The position numbers were made by a program, and so were the translations under genes. From Salpingoeca rosetta (taxonomy: Eukaryota > Protista > Choanoflagellata), in assembly GCA_033442325.1 (NCBI GenBank), contig JAWQFM010000032.1, forward strand, positions 129,343-193,342: 64,000 nucleotides of DNA, read 5' to 3'. Positions 14,933 through 29,098 of the stretch are shown here, piece by piece. The first letter of the stretch is position 1; the number at the start of each line of letters is the position of its first letter. A model generated the notes under the pieces. The model ran no database searches, had not been told where the DNA came from, and saw only the letters and a program-made list of their open reading frames with translations.

Positions 14933-16752
14933 ATGGTTGATAAGAAGAAGGGTGCTGTGAAGAAACAGCACCAGCTGAGTACTGCCAGCAACGCATCCAT
15001 CCACTCCAGATCCCAGCTCATCGCAAAGTCTGGATCAAGGGTACGCCAGCGCTGTGTCTTTCCTTGATTGTGTGCGTTTCTGTGTGTGTTTACGTGTGCG
15101 TACGTGTGTGTACGTGTATGTACGTGTGTGTATGCGTGGGCGTGTGAGGACGTGCTTGTGCGTGTGCTTCAATGTGTTGCGGCATGTGTTTTGTTCGGTG
15201 TGTCGCCCCAGCATCCTGGGAATTGTGCTGGCACTCACACTCTCCCTCGCTTTGCCCCGCTCACCCCAAACCTTCCTTCTCCTCCCCACCCTTCTTCCTC
15301 CCCACAGCTGCAGTCACAATCACGCCATCGCTTGTCGAAGCAAATCAGCGGCAATGAAGGCGATGAGTGGCTGCAGGCCAAGGATCCCGTCAAGCCGCCC
15401 AACCAGGTGTGTGCGTGTGTGCGTGTGTGCGTGTGTGCGTGTGTGCGCGTGTGTGCGGGTGTGTGTGTGTGTTTGAGTGTGTGTGTGCGTGGCTGTGTGT
15501 GTGTGTGTGTGTTTGCGTGCGCGCGTGCGTGGCTGTCTGTGTGTGTCTGTGTGTATGTATGCGTGTATGTGTCTATGTGTCTGTGTCTGTGTGATTGCTT
15601 TGCCACGCGCCTGGCTGCACCTTGTTCCCTCCCACTCCACCTTGTGTGCCATACAAACCCACCACCATCCACGCTGCTGCTGATGCTGTTGCATGCACTA
15701 CCAGCTGGACCTACCTGATGAGGCCCTGAACGAGGAGATCACACGCATTCTTCGTGCTGACAACCCCAATGCCCCACACAACATCGTCCGCTTCAGCTAC
15801 AAGGTGTGCATCTGACTGAATGGCTTCGTGGAGTCTTCTTGTTTGGTGGCTGCATGACGCCTTCTTTTGCTTTGCTGTGCCATGCTTAGGTACAAGTCGA
15901 CACCGCCGTCTTTGCACTTGCACCTCCTCAAATCTTGTTTCATCACCACGCATACACACGCACGCCACCATGTTTTGATTCCACTCGCCTTCAACTGGCC
16001 TCCTCCTCACTCTGCTCCGTCAACTACACCTCTCTCTTTCTTTTTTGTTTCGCACGTGCTCAGGATGGCGCGTACAAGCAGATGGCGAGTGTGGACCAGT
16101 GTGCGTACCACTATGTCCTCAACGGGACGCTGATCCACAAGGAGAGCGACGAGGCCAAGCGGCAGGTGGCCCGCAGCCGCTTCAAGAGCAAATCTTCAAA
16201 GGCAGACGTCTCACAGGGTGCGTTTGCCGCACCAGGGGCAACAGCATGGTGTGGTGTTGAGCTGATGATTTCTCAACCCGCTGTTGTTGTTCTTCGTTGT
16301 TCTCTTCTTTTCGCTGGTCTGTGCGTCTGCCCACCACCACGTCCTCACGTCGTCACCACAATCATGCTATCTCTCACACCGCCGATACCACCGCACACGA
16401 CCACCACCCTGCTGTGGCGCGTGACGAGCAGGGGACGAGGGTAACACGGCGGAAGCAGGCACGTCCACTGCCGATGCGCAGACGGGAGACAACGAGGCAG
16501 AGAAGAAGGAGGGTGATGGTGACGGTGAAGGTGATGGTGATGATGGTGATGGTGACGAGAACCAGGAGGAAGAGGAGGAAGAGGAGGAGGAGGATGAGGA
16601 GGATGAGGACGATGCTGGTGATGGCGAGCCAGACAAGCCGCTGCGAAACCAGTTCAACTTTAGCGAGCGCGCTGCACAGTGCTTTGCACCAGCACACCGC
16701 GACCGTGACACCATGACAGAGGTGCGCTGCTGCCGCCGCTTTGATTTGTGTT

Positions 16753-16795
<43 letters not shown>

Positions 16796-17084
16796 ACTTG
16801 TCTGTGACGCTCGCTTGTTGAATCACCTCCTCCAGCACTCACCACCAATCACCATCCACGCACCACCAATTTTCAGGCACCACAACGCGAGACGTTCACT
16901 GCCAACGCGACGCAGTGGGTCATCTTTGACGCGTACGTTGCCGACCAGGAAAAGCAGCAGGCCGCTAAGACAAAGCGCAGGTCCAGCGGTACAAAACCAG
17001 AGCACAAGGTTCGCAATCGCAACGTGTGCGTGCGGTATTTTATTATTATTATTTTTTTTGCGTGCGAATGCGCGTGTGCATGTT

Positions 17085-17124
<40 letters not shown>

Positions 17125-18558
17125 CGCTTCACTGCATTGCGTTCTGTTTTCATCAGCACATCCTCACTGCTCGTCGGGTGCGTGTGTTTCCAGGTGTCAC
17201 ACGCGTTGACGCGCGAGCTTGGAGATGACGGTGGCAGTGACTGGATGAATGCAGCAAAGGTGTGTACGCACCACCACGCCACACTTGTACATGTGAACAC
17301 CAGCTGCTCACACACGCAACGTGTTCACACACTCTCAAACACACACACACACACACACACAACACACACACAACACACAGACTCAAACTCTCAAACGCAC
17401 ACACACACACTCACATGTCCTCGTCTTGGCTCACCCCACCTTGCCTTCATGCGTGTGCAGTTGATTGCGCTGTCGACGGCGAAGAAGATGGAGCGACTGG
17501 TGAACCAGAACACGTTCCACGACGTTGCCATGGACTTCAAGTACTGGAACGACCCATCCGACCAGTTCAAGGTCGCAGTCGTATTCGTGGCCATGGCAGT
17601 GGTGGTGGGGATATTTGTGGTGCTGTTGTTGCTAGAGCTGTTGCTGGTGGTGGCGGTGGTGGTAGTCAACTGGTGTTTGCACACGCACGTACACATCTGC
17701 CAACACATCTTCGCACGCTCACGCACGTACACACCCGTGTGCACTGCATGACCCGTGTTGCCGTCCAATCTCTTGCGTCTTTGCTGCTCCTCGTACGTAC
17801 CCTTCATTTTCCATCCTTTGGCTCACCACCGCCAGGAGAAGCAAGGGTCGCTGCTGCCGCTGTGGCGCTTCACAAACGAGAAGACCAAGCGCAAGCACGT
17901 GACGTGTGTGCGGTGGTGCCCGGAGTACCCCGACCTTGTACTTGTTGGCTACGGGTCGTACGACTACACCAAGCAGACCGACGGCGCCATCTGCGCGTAC
18001 TCGCTCAAGAACCCGTCCTACCCAGAGTACATCATCCCCGTCAACAGCGGCGTCATGTGCATCGACGTGCACCCAAAGCAGTCGTCACTGGTAGCGGCGG
18101 GCATGTACGATGGCTCTGTTGCCGTGTACGACCTGAGTCGCAAGGCCAACAGGGACGAGCCGCTCGTGCGGTCCACGGCCAAGACGGGCAAGCACACGGA
18201 CCCCGTGTGGAGCGTGGAGTGGCACGAGGACGATGTCGACCAGAACCGCAACTTCTCCTCTGTGTCGTCGGACGGGCGCGTGTCGACGTGGACCATGGTG
18301 CAGACGGAGCTCCAGCACACGGACATTATCCGCCTCTCATACGACACAACCAAGAAGCAGCCCGCACAGGTGCGTACGCGGTGCTGTTTAGTGTGGTGTG
18401 CGTGCGCGTGTGTGCTCTTGTGTCGTGTCTGTGTATTTGTGTTGTGTGTGTCGTGTTGTGTCGGGTCTTGTATGTGTGTGTTGCCTTCGGTCGGTTTTAT
18501 TGTGTGTTGTGTTGTGTCGTGTCTTGTGTGTGTTGTTTGTGTTGTGTGTGCACATGTC

Positions 18559-18590
<32 letters not shown>

Positions 18591-18921
18591 TTTATTGTGT
18601 GCAGAGTCATCGGCTGTTGTGTGCGTCCTCCACCCACGATGTCGCCTGATATCTCCATCCAATTGCCTCGTAAACCAACTATGTACAGGGAGCTGAGCCG
18701 CTGTTTGGGCTTGGCGCGGGGACGTGCCTGGACTTCAACCAACACCGCGAAAACGTGTTCCTCATTGGCACGGAGGAGGGTGATGTGCACCAGTGCTCCC
18801 GCGCCTACACAAGCAAATTCCTCAAGACCTTCAAGGTCGGATACGATGATGGATAGGGGGAGGGAGGTTGTGTGTATTTGCATGTGTGTGTGCATGTCGG
18901 TGTCTTTTCTAGTGTTCATGT

Positions 18922-18971
<50 letters not shown>

Positions 18972-20084
18972 CGCGTGCGTGGTGTTGTTTTGTCGATTTT
19001 GTTCGCGGTCTTGCTCTCCACCATTTACCTGACACATTTGCGTGTGTTCTGTGCGGTTGTTGTGTTGCATATGCAGGCACATACAATGGCGGTGTACACG
19101 GTGACGTGGAACCCGTTCCATCCGCGCATCTTTGCATCGTGCAGGTGGGTAGTGCAAGCACACACACACACACACACATGGATAAAAAATTCAGACACGT
19201 GTTCACGCACCCACACACACGTGTGTTTCACGCACACGCGCATCTTCCCCTCAGCTGCTGCAACCCCTTGCCACTCCCTCACACACGCGTGTGCGTCTCT
19301 TGTTTGCAGTGCTGATTGGACGCTGAAGATTTGGGACGACGCGGACGATTCGCCCGTGTTCACATTTGACCTCGGCAATGCCGTCGGCTGCGTGGCCTGG
19401 TCGCCCTTCTCCCCCACCGTCTTTGCAGCTGTCACCACCGACGGAAAGGTGCGGCCCAACGCAGCACACGCCTACTGCTGGTCTCAGTACATTTCTTGCC
19501 GCATACACGAGACGTTGTCGTTTGCACGCTGCTGTGTGATGTGGCGTTCGACTGTGGCTCTTTTCACACACTTTCATGAGCTCGCCGTCGCACTTTGAAG
19601 CCTCCTTTTTGCTTGCTTTCATCCATGCGCACACGCCGCACATTGGTACCCGCTCACCCCGCTTTCTTCTCCAACCACCACCACCACCACCACCACCACC
19701 ACCACCACCACCACCACCACCACCACCACCACCATGTATGTGCGTGCCCAATTGCCAGATCCACGTGTTTGACTTGCAGCAGAACAAGTACGAGCCCATC
19801 TGCCAGCAGCAGGTGACGAAGAAGGCCAAGCTGACCCAGGTTGCCTTCAACAAGAAGGATCCCATCATCATTGTTGGTGACGACAGGGGTGCCTCCTCCA
19901 CATTCAAGCTCTCTCCAAACTTGCGCAAGGCCCTCATGGTGCGTGCTGCCGCTGTTGCCGCTACTATAGCTCGCTGGTTTGCTTGTTCGTTTGCGTGTTC
20001 CATGTGCTCGCACGTGTCTGATGACTCATTTCCCCATGAATATTCCACCCTCTCTCTGTCTCTCTCTGTCTCTCTCTCTTTCTG

Positions 20085-20149
<65 letters not shown>

Positions 20150-20329
20150 GACTCACCTCCTGTTACAACCACCACGGCTACCACCCGTCCCCCTTTTTCT
20201 CGCTCCCCCTCGCAGGACAAGAAGAAGAAGACGGCCGAAGAGCTTCTGGAGGCCTTTGATCGCATTCTCGAATCTGTCAAGGAAACGCCGCACACACAGG
20301 CACCAGCAAAGACACCCGCTGCCAAGTAA
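14933..20329 (+). CDS. DNAI1: Axonemal outer-arm dynein intermediate chain 1 (IC78-like, WD40)
   Basis: [128 protein letters not shown]. Confidence 0.94.
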
Positions 20330-20725
20330 CATCATCACATTGCTTGCACATGTGTGTTGTGTTTCGCTTGCAGTGTGTTGGACTTGACGTGAGCTGGTGC
20401 CTGTGCGTGTGAAGTGGTGGCGGTTCGCGTGGTTGAAACGTCTGCGTTGCATGAAGACGCAGAATTGTTGTATGCGTCAAGTGTGTGCGTGTGTGCTTGT
20501 GTGTGTGTGTGTGTGTGCGTGCGTGTTTGACGGTTCATCTTCTTTTGTGTTGTTGTTCATTTGCTCATTGAACGAGCGGGATCAACATTGCAATCTAATC
20601 TGACTTGAAATGGGGGTCAGGCGACAACGTCCGGGGCGGGAGGGGGGAGTGATTGAAGAAGACCACTTGCTTTGGCATTCGACAACCAGCCCCCCCACAC
20701 ACACACGCACACACGCACAAAAGAT

Positions 20726-21991
20726 CTATAATTGGTCGCATGAGGCTGGGTCGATGATGATGATGCGATCTGCGTTAAATGGAATGCCAAACACACGCCC
20801 ATCCACGCCAACGCCTGCACCGTACCACCGCTGTGCCCCAGAACCAGCCTGCGCAATCTGTGTTGAAGTGTTTGTGCCTGGGTCAATCTCCAACACAGTG
20901 AGCGCAGAGTCAGGCACACCATAGATTTTGCCGTTGCCTGCAAGCACGCCGACAGCCCACTGCGGGTCCGCCGTGAATGTGATGGACGTCATGTCGTACG
21001 CCAGCGTGTCCGGGTTGATGATGAGCACCGTGGTGGCATATTGCGGGATGCAGTACAGGAGCCCAGTGCCTGCCAGCACCACGTCAGTCCACTTACGAGA
21101 CGTTCCTTGGAACCCGTTTAAGGATGTTGCATCTGTGGTGTTGGCTTCCGGGTCGACGATGAGTACAGAGGGGCTGGTGGATGGGCAGAAGAACAGGAGA
21201 CCGTTGTCAGCCTTTGCACCTCCTTCCCATGCGTATCCTAGCAAGGGAAGCGAACCAAGCGTTGTCGTGTCCGCTGTGTTGAGGACGGGGTCAATCACCA
21301 ACACAGCCTCGAATCTGGCAGGTGCAGCGTAGATCTTGCCGTTGTCCGCCAGAACACCGCCAATCCATTTCCCCAGGCCCTCTGGCAGCCCGCTGATGCT
21401 TGTTGTGTCGGTTGTGTTGGTGGCAGGGTCGAAGATGAGCACGGACTGCGAAACGCTCGGAATGCCGTAGATTTTGCCGTTGCCTGCAAGCACCCCGCCC
21501 CACCACAGCCCCTGGGAGATTGGGGGTGGGCTGAGCGGGAGGATGTCAAACTCCAGCGTGGCAGTGTCAAACACAAGCACAGATGCAGCCGAGAATGGGA
21601 TGCCGTACATTTTGCCGTTGCTTGCAAGCACAGCGCTTGTCCACTTGCAGCAAGGCTGACCCAGGCCTGTCGCCGTCGTGATGTCAAGGGTCGTTTCATG
21701 GCACACCGGCTCCGCTACTGGCGTTGCCGACGCGTTGTCCAGCACAGCCTGCAGGTGATCCAGCCGTTGCGACAGGCTGTTGAGCCTTGACACAACATCC
21801 ACACCGTTGAAGAGCACGCGTGTCTGCTGTTGACCGTCGCTCTTGCTGCTACTGCTGGTGTTGATGTGAAAGTTGAAGTTCTCGTCCTCCACAAACACGG
21901 CGCCGCCATTACCAGCTGCGCCTGGCTCCTCCTCTTGCTTCTCCTCAGCCACCACACTCACATAGCTGCAGCGACATAGCAGCACAATCAC
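20726..21991 (-). CDS. Putative secreted 7-bladed beta-propeller repeat protein with an N-terminal coiled coil (start uncertain)
   Basis: Intronless ORF with seven ~45-aa repeats of KWxGGVLAxNGKIYGIP...VLIIDP, preceded by RVLFNGVDVVSRLNSLSQRLDHLQAVL. Confidence 0.8.
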   Translation of the reverse strand: MIVLLCRCSYVSVVAEEKQEEEPGAAGNGGAVFVEDENFNFHINTSSSSKSDGQQQTRVLFNGVDVVSRLNSLSQRLDHLQAVLDNASATPVAEPVCHETTLDITTATGLGQPCCKWTSAVLASNGKMYGIPFSAASVLVFDTATLEFDILPLSPPPISQGLWWGGVLAGNGKIYGIPSVSQSVLIFDPATNTTDTTSISGLPEGLGKWIGGVLADNGKIYAAPARFEAVLVIDPVLNTADTTTLGSLPLLGYAWEGGAKADNGLLFFCPSTSPSVLIVDPEANTTDATSLNGFQGTSRKWTDVVLAGTGLLYCIPQYATTVLIINPDTLAYDMTSITFTADPQWAVGVLAGNGKIYGVPDSALTVLEIDPGTNTSTQIAQAGSGAQRWYGAGVGVDGRVFGIPFNADRIIIIDPASCDQL

Positions 21992-22232
21992 AACGAGAAC
22001 AACAACAACAGCACGAGTTTGGTATCGTCATGCTCATTCTCGAAATGTCATGGAAGATGTTAACGAACAGGGTAAGGATTTGGCTTGTTGGTGTGTGTTC
22101 CAGTCGTGCCATGTCACTCATCATCAAGTCGTGCTTTATTCTTGAAGAAGGAACAGAGGACGATGTGAAGATCGGATACAAACACACCCACACACATATG
22201 AGCACACACACATATGAACAGACGCACATATG

Positions 22233-22270
<38 letters not shown>

Positions 22271-22296
22271 TGAACACGCAAGCACAAGCACAAGGT

Positions 22297-22796
22297 TCAG
22301 AGCTTGGACGTGAATGCGCGCTTGGCGGCGGCCTTGAGTTCCAGTGACGCAATGGAGAGCATGTGAACCTCGTCAGGGCCGTCAGCAATGCGCAAGGCAC
22401 GAGCGCCCGTGAACATGTACGCGAGAGGGAAGTCGGACGACAGGCCCGCCCCGCCAAACACCTGGATGGCGCGGTCAAGAACACGCTGCGCCGTGCGAGC
22501 AACAGCGACCTTTGCCATGGCCACGTGCTTGCGCGCGGCCTTGTTGCCTTGCACATCAATGGCCTTGGCAGCCTGCAGGACCAGCAAGCGGCACTGGTCA
22601 ATCTCAATGCGCGACAGGGCCACCTTCTCCTGCACCATTCCGTGTCGTGCCAGCCGCTTGCCAAACGTTTCACGCCCAACGGCACGCGCACACATGAGCT
22701 CAAATGCGCGCTCACACATTCCAACAGCACGCATGCAATGGTGCAGCCGACCAGGGCCCAGCCTGTGATGTTGCGTGCGTGTATGAGAGTGAGGGA

Positions 22797-22831
<35 letters not shown>

Positions 22832-23887
22832 TGTGTGTGTGTGTGTGTGAGTGTGTGAGTGAGTGAGTGAGTGAGTGAGTGAGTGAGTGAGTGAGTGAGT
22901 GAGTGAGTGAGTGAGTGAGTGTGCACGTGCTTCTGAATTGCGCAGGTGAAGTGCTGTTGTTGACATACAGCAGTAGGCGCCCATGGACGAGGCATGGGGC
23001 AAGCTCGCCTGTGCACGCACCTTCCCTGCGCAATCTCAAAGCCACGCCCTTCGCCGAGAATCATATTGTCCCTAGGAACGAGCACGTGGTCAAACTCCAT
23101 TTCAAAATGCCCGGCAGGGCGGTCATCGTATCCAAACGTCGTCAGCGGACGCACGCGCCGCACCTGCAATGGAAAGTGAGTGAAGGGCGCAAGAAGGGTG
23201 GAGTAGGTGGGAATTGTGGGGAGGTGCGTATGGGCAGCATTTAATGTTGCGTGCGTGCGTGTGAGTATGTGTGTGCGTGTCGCGAAGATAGCAGCAATGT
23301 TTTGCACACCGCTGCACATGGCAACTCACCCCCTTTGCATCCAGTGGCACGATGATCATGGAGTGCTGCTGGTGCCTGAGAGTCGAGTGCACGCAGATGG
23401 GAGGTGGGGATATGGGTTGGGGGATGCAGTGAGTCACGACTGCACACACGCACACACACACACACACACAGTCACACAGTCACACACAGTCACACACACA
23501 CACACACACACATACGCATATACGCATAGAGCAAGGAACTGTGGCTCGCCTTCCTGCCCTGCTCATCATTCCTTAGACCCTTACTTTGGCCTGCTGGTGT
23601 CTGGCGTGCGTCCCATCACAATGGCAAACTTGCACCTGTAAGGTCAGTGCGACGCGTGGTTGGAAGTGCAAAACAACTCAACTCGAGGGAAGGGGAGTTC
23701 AGGGCACAGGCAGGCACACACGAGCAGAGTCGCACACGAAGGCAACACACACAAACAAACGAACAAGCACACGCATATGACACACACGAACAACCACATG
23801 ATACACACGTGCACCCACCCACACCCACCCACACACCCACCCACACACCCACACACACACCCACACACACACACACACACACACACC

Positions 23888-23930
<43 letters not shown>

Positions 23931-25380
23931 GCACACACGAGGCATTAACAAGACAAGACAACCAAACAGTGCACGTGGGAGCCACCACCTCGGGCTGCCG
24001 GCGCCAGTCGACCACCACTTGCGACCCGTCACAACGTATCCATCGCCGCTCGGGGCACGCGTGATGGTGCATTGCATGTTTGTGGCATCACTGGACGCCA
24101 CGTCCGGTTCTGTCATGCAGAAGCAGGAGCGAATCCTCCCTTCAAGCAGCGGGGCGAGCCACCTGTCCTTCTGCGCCTTTGTCCCGTACATGTGCAGCAC
24201 CTCCATGTTGCCCGTGTCCGGTGCGTTGCAGTTGCATGCTTCGGAAGCCAGCAGCGAGCGCCCCATTACCTCCGCAAAGCGCGCGTACTCGAGTTGTGTC
24301 ATGCCGGACACAGCCGGCAGGAACAAGTTCCAGAGGCCGCGGCGCTTTGCTTCGGTCTTCAGCGCTTCAAGCACTGGGGAGGACTCAACAGCCCAAGGAT
24401 CCTTGCTTGCAAGCACCTCCGCCTCCCACTTGCGCTCGGACGGGTACACGTGCGATTCCATAAACACGTGCAATGACGCAAGCAAGTGCGCTGTCCTTTC
24501 GCTGAGCGGAAACAGTGACACGTCGCGTGGGACTGCCACTGCCTTGAGTCCAACGTCGGCAAGAGCAACGGCGATGGCCTTGCAGTCTGCTGCGTTGGTT
24601 GCCGACGCGTTCCCCTGTAGTGATCTCGCATACACGCCCTGCACGGTTGTTCGCGAGAGCCGGAGGGGGGGGGGTGCATGTGCGCATGACAGTGTGTGAA
24701 TGTGTGAATGTGTGAATGTGTGAATGTGTGTTTGAGTATGAGAATGTGCGCGTGCATGTGCGCGCGTGTTGAGAATGCGCTTCGCAGTTGATTCAGTCAT
24801 GTGGTGACATCACCCAATCATGGCAATCGCACCCCAAGTTTAAGCACACACACGCAGGTACACACAGACACACACACACACACACAGACACACACACACA
24901 CACGCACACGCAGGCACACAGAAACACACACAGACACACACAGACATACACAGACACACACAGACACACACACACACACACACATACACGCACTCACACC
25001 TGGGCGATGGACGAGAGACGAAGGGCAGAGAGACCAACGAACGCACCCCACGCGTGCGGGCGCGACTCAACACCATATGTACGGAGAAACGTACGCTCGT
25101 CGGGAACACCGTCGCACTGAATGCCCTGTAGCCCAGGCAACGCCACCCCCATAATCTCTTGTGCGGGCATGTGGTACTGAAGGCACGCATACGCAAGGTC
25201 AGCAACTGGTGGACCCGTGGACGCGAGCTCCCAGTCGAGCACAGCCATCACAGTCAGCTGTCAACAACCATGTGTTGAGGGGGAGGGGGTGGTGTGTGAA
25301 TGTGTGTGTGTGTGTGTGTGTGTTGTGTGTGTGTGTGCGAGAGAGAGAAATTGTGTGTGTGTGTGCATGCTTGTTTCTTT

Positions 25381-25461
<81 letters not shown>

Positions 25462-26937
25462 AGCATCACAAGGATCAAACCAGACAAATGGCCGTGTCCG
25501 TGTCCACGCCCACACTCGCCTGCATGCACACATGTACCTTTTCAGGATGGAACACGACATTATCAAGGCGAAAGTCGCCATGGCAGAGCACAAGCTCCTG
25601 CTCCCCAATGTGTTTTGCGTGGTGCTCCAGCTGCTCAGCCAGCTGTGCAAACGTGGCGTTTCGTGGCGCTGTCGTGGGTGATGATGAGGATGAGAGGGTG
25701 TGGCGGTGGTGAGTTGCAATGAGGAGATGTGGCGTGCAATAAGAAACAACAGAAAGGCGGATACCAAATCCACAGACGGAAGGAAGCATGCTTCTGGGCT
25801 GCGGTCAAAGCACAGATACACACAGAGAGATCAAGAGACAGAGACAAGAGGTGATCACAGATGCACAGACACACACAGACACTCTGATAGACAGACGCAC
25901 ACAGCCACACATTCACACACACACATTTTCCACACACACACACGCACACACACGCACACACACGCACACACACACACGCTCACACACGCTCACACACACG
26001 CGCTCACACGGGTGCTGACCGAGCTGAGAGGCGAGCTCATACTGCTTGGTCCAGACATGCAGTTGGCGTTGGAAGAAGTTGTGTTTGACAAATGACGATG
26101 GAAGCTCAAGCGCATTTAGGGACAGCGAGTGGAGCTGCCTGTTCATAACAACCACCGGCGGTGGTGACGAGTGAGCTGGCGAACAATAAAACACATTGCG
26201 TCTGACTAAACCTTAGCTTCTTTCCCCTGCTAACAAAAGCAGCACATGCAGCAAACACAGTGACGGACGCATGCTTCATCAACGCACTTGAGGACGGTTG
26301 CCAGCTCGTAGTATACTTTGTGCCGCTGCTTTGGGGTGAGGTCTGGCAGGCTGGGATCGCGGAAGATGGTGCCGTCCACAAACTCCATAATGTAAAACTC
26401 TGCGCCAATGACAGACGTGTCCTTGCAGTAGTGGTGCACGCGCGGCACAGGGAAGTGGCACTCTCTCAGCCGTTCCAGCAGCATGAACTCACGGTCAATT
26501 TGATGCGCCTTTGGCAGCAAACTTCCAAAAGGCTGTGTGTGGATGCGTATGTGTGGGCGTGTGCGTGCGCGCGCGCGCGTGTGTGTGTGAAGAAGGAAGG
26601 AAACACGGGCATGATCCATGGCTAGTCACCACGAGCACACACACACACACACACACACACATATGACACATCCTACACACTCACACACACACACACACAC
26701 ACATCCTGCACACACACACAAACACATCCTGCACACACACACACACACCTTGCGTCGAAGCACGAGTCGCTGCTGTGATGGTTTGAGGGTCAAGATGTAG
26801 GTTGGATTGCTTTGTCCGTGGGAGCACTTTTCTGCCTCCAGGCCGCTGACGGCATCGTCACCCCCCACCACCCCATGCTTCACCAAGTACGCACAGAGCT
26901 TGCCCTCACTAAGATCGCTGTTGCCACTGCCGCTCAT
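22297..26937 (-). CDS. ACAD11: Acyl-CoA dehydrogenase 10/11-like (APH-kinase-like domain fused to an ACAD domain), predicted peroxisomal
   Basis: [38 protein letters not shown] part: [63 protein letters not shown]-terminal SKL is a PTS1. Confidence 0.93.
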
Positions 26938-27407
26938 CTCCGTTGCTGTTGCGCTTGGTCCTTGCCTTGTAGAAAATTAAGTGAAGATTTAAGCAATTAA
27001 TCATCTCATCACACTTGTTGTGTGCTTCTTCTCTCGTTCGTTCTTCATTGTTGTGGTTGGAAATGTAACAGCAAGGGTCAGGCAGGCACAAGGATGAACA
27101 TGGAAATGTGTGGCACATACAGACACACACACACACAGCCACAGACACACAGCCACAGACACAGACACACACACACACACAGACACAGGATTGATTATGT
27201 GCTTGTGGCTGCAGGTGGAGTAGGAGGGAACAAGATCAACCACAAAGGCGAGGAAGAGAGAGACCGAGACAGAGAGCAAACAACGAACGGGCAACTAGAA
27301 CTGACGACAAACAAAAGCAGGCAAGTACAGCAGCTTAACCGAAGAGAGACGACAAAGGTGCATGGGATGAACGTGTGCATGCGTGTGTACGTGGAGCATC
27401 ATCACCA

Positions 27408-27911
27408 TCACTTCTTCAACCCAAGCTCCGAGAGAATGCCAAGCGTAACCTGTTGTCCCAGCAAATGGGACGTGGGCGTGGGCGTGAGGTGAGAAGAAGG
27501 TAGTGGTGGTTGTACGGAGAAACGGCACGGTGCAGGTGAAAGGCGTGCGAGTGGGGTGCAACAGAAAACAAAAGCACTCAACACATGAACACACACACAC
27601 ACGCACACAACACGCACACGCACACACACACTGACAAACCACACGCCGGCTGTGCACCTTTTCGAGGTTGAGGGTGTAGTAGTGGAGGCCTGGTGCACCC
27701 ATCTCCAGCAGCTTGCGGCTGAGGTCGGCACCAAACTTGATCGCCACCTGTCGCACAGCCTCCTTGTCATCCTGTGGACACGCGCGCATAGTGGAAGGTA
27801 GGTAGGTGCAAGGGGTTGGGGTGTGATGGTGAGGTTGCATTCTTGGTGAACGAAACGCAGGATGTGTTCACATGTGTGTGTTCACATGTGTGTGTTCACA
27901 TGTGTGTGTTC

Positions 27912-27991
<80 letters not shown>

Positions 27992-29057
27992 TACTTACCC
28001 CTGCGTCTTCCATCTGCTTGCGGAGGGAGGCCGGCACGCGGCTGCGGCAGAACTTGGTCATGCGCCCAAACCCGCCCTGGTTCTAAAGATTGGCAATGGT
28101 GGTGGCAGGGGTGATGGTGATGGTGATGGTGAGGGCGCCATGTTCGTGTGTACGTGTATGTGTATGTATTTGTGTATTTGTGTGTGTGTGTGCCTGTGTG
28201 TGTGTGTTGGTTGGTTGGGAGTTGAGATGATCTGACACACACACACACACAGGCACACACAGAGCACACACACACACACACACAGAGCACATATGCACAC
28301 ACATCTTACACGCATCTTACACATGAAACACGAACAAAGGCCATGTGCGCATATGTGGTGGTACCTGGATGCACATGATGCCTGGGACAATGGGTACAGT
28401 GATGCCTCGTGCACGGCACGCCTTGACAAACGACTCGTACACGTCTGCGTCAAACACCATCTGCGTGATGATGAGATCCGCGCCGGCGTCAATCTTCTGC
28501 TGCAGGTAGTCCATCTCCTTCTCAAAGTCCTGGTCGTCGTGGCAGTGGTGGTGGGTGTTGTGACGTGGGGTGTGGCCACAACAATCCTCAAAGCAGCATC
28601 ACCACCACCAGCAGAGCTAACCACCACCACCACCACCACCACCACGACATGTCAGCAGCACCAGCAACGTCCTCCTCCCCCTTTCTCTCTCCAACACCAC
28701 CAACACCACCACCGCCATAACACAAACGCGGCCACTGGCTAGCATGGCCAGACCTCATCTGAGCAGACGTAGATGCCGTCGTCCATCTGGACCATGCGTC
28801 CCTTCTCCGTCTCTGTCAGCTCGCGCCCGTCCTCAACCTTCTTGATCATCCCGCAGTGGCCCTCGGGGTACCCTGCTCGCCGCACACGCGCAGCACAACG
28901 GCGATGGTGGTGGTGGTGGTGGCGGAATTGAGCGGTGGTGGTGTGGTGGGGCAGGTAGATGCGGACGGCAAGGAGGTAACAAGACAAGGAACAAGGAGAA
29001 GCGAGACAAGGCAAAGCAGGGAGCAACACAGCACAATAGACCACAGCACAACTCACT

Positions 29058-29098
<41 letters not shown>

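Noticed and set aside
17262-19598. 778-aa ORF as a separate gene
   Set aside because: It is read-through across DNAI1 exons and repeat-filled introns.
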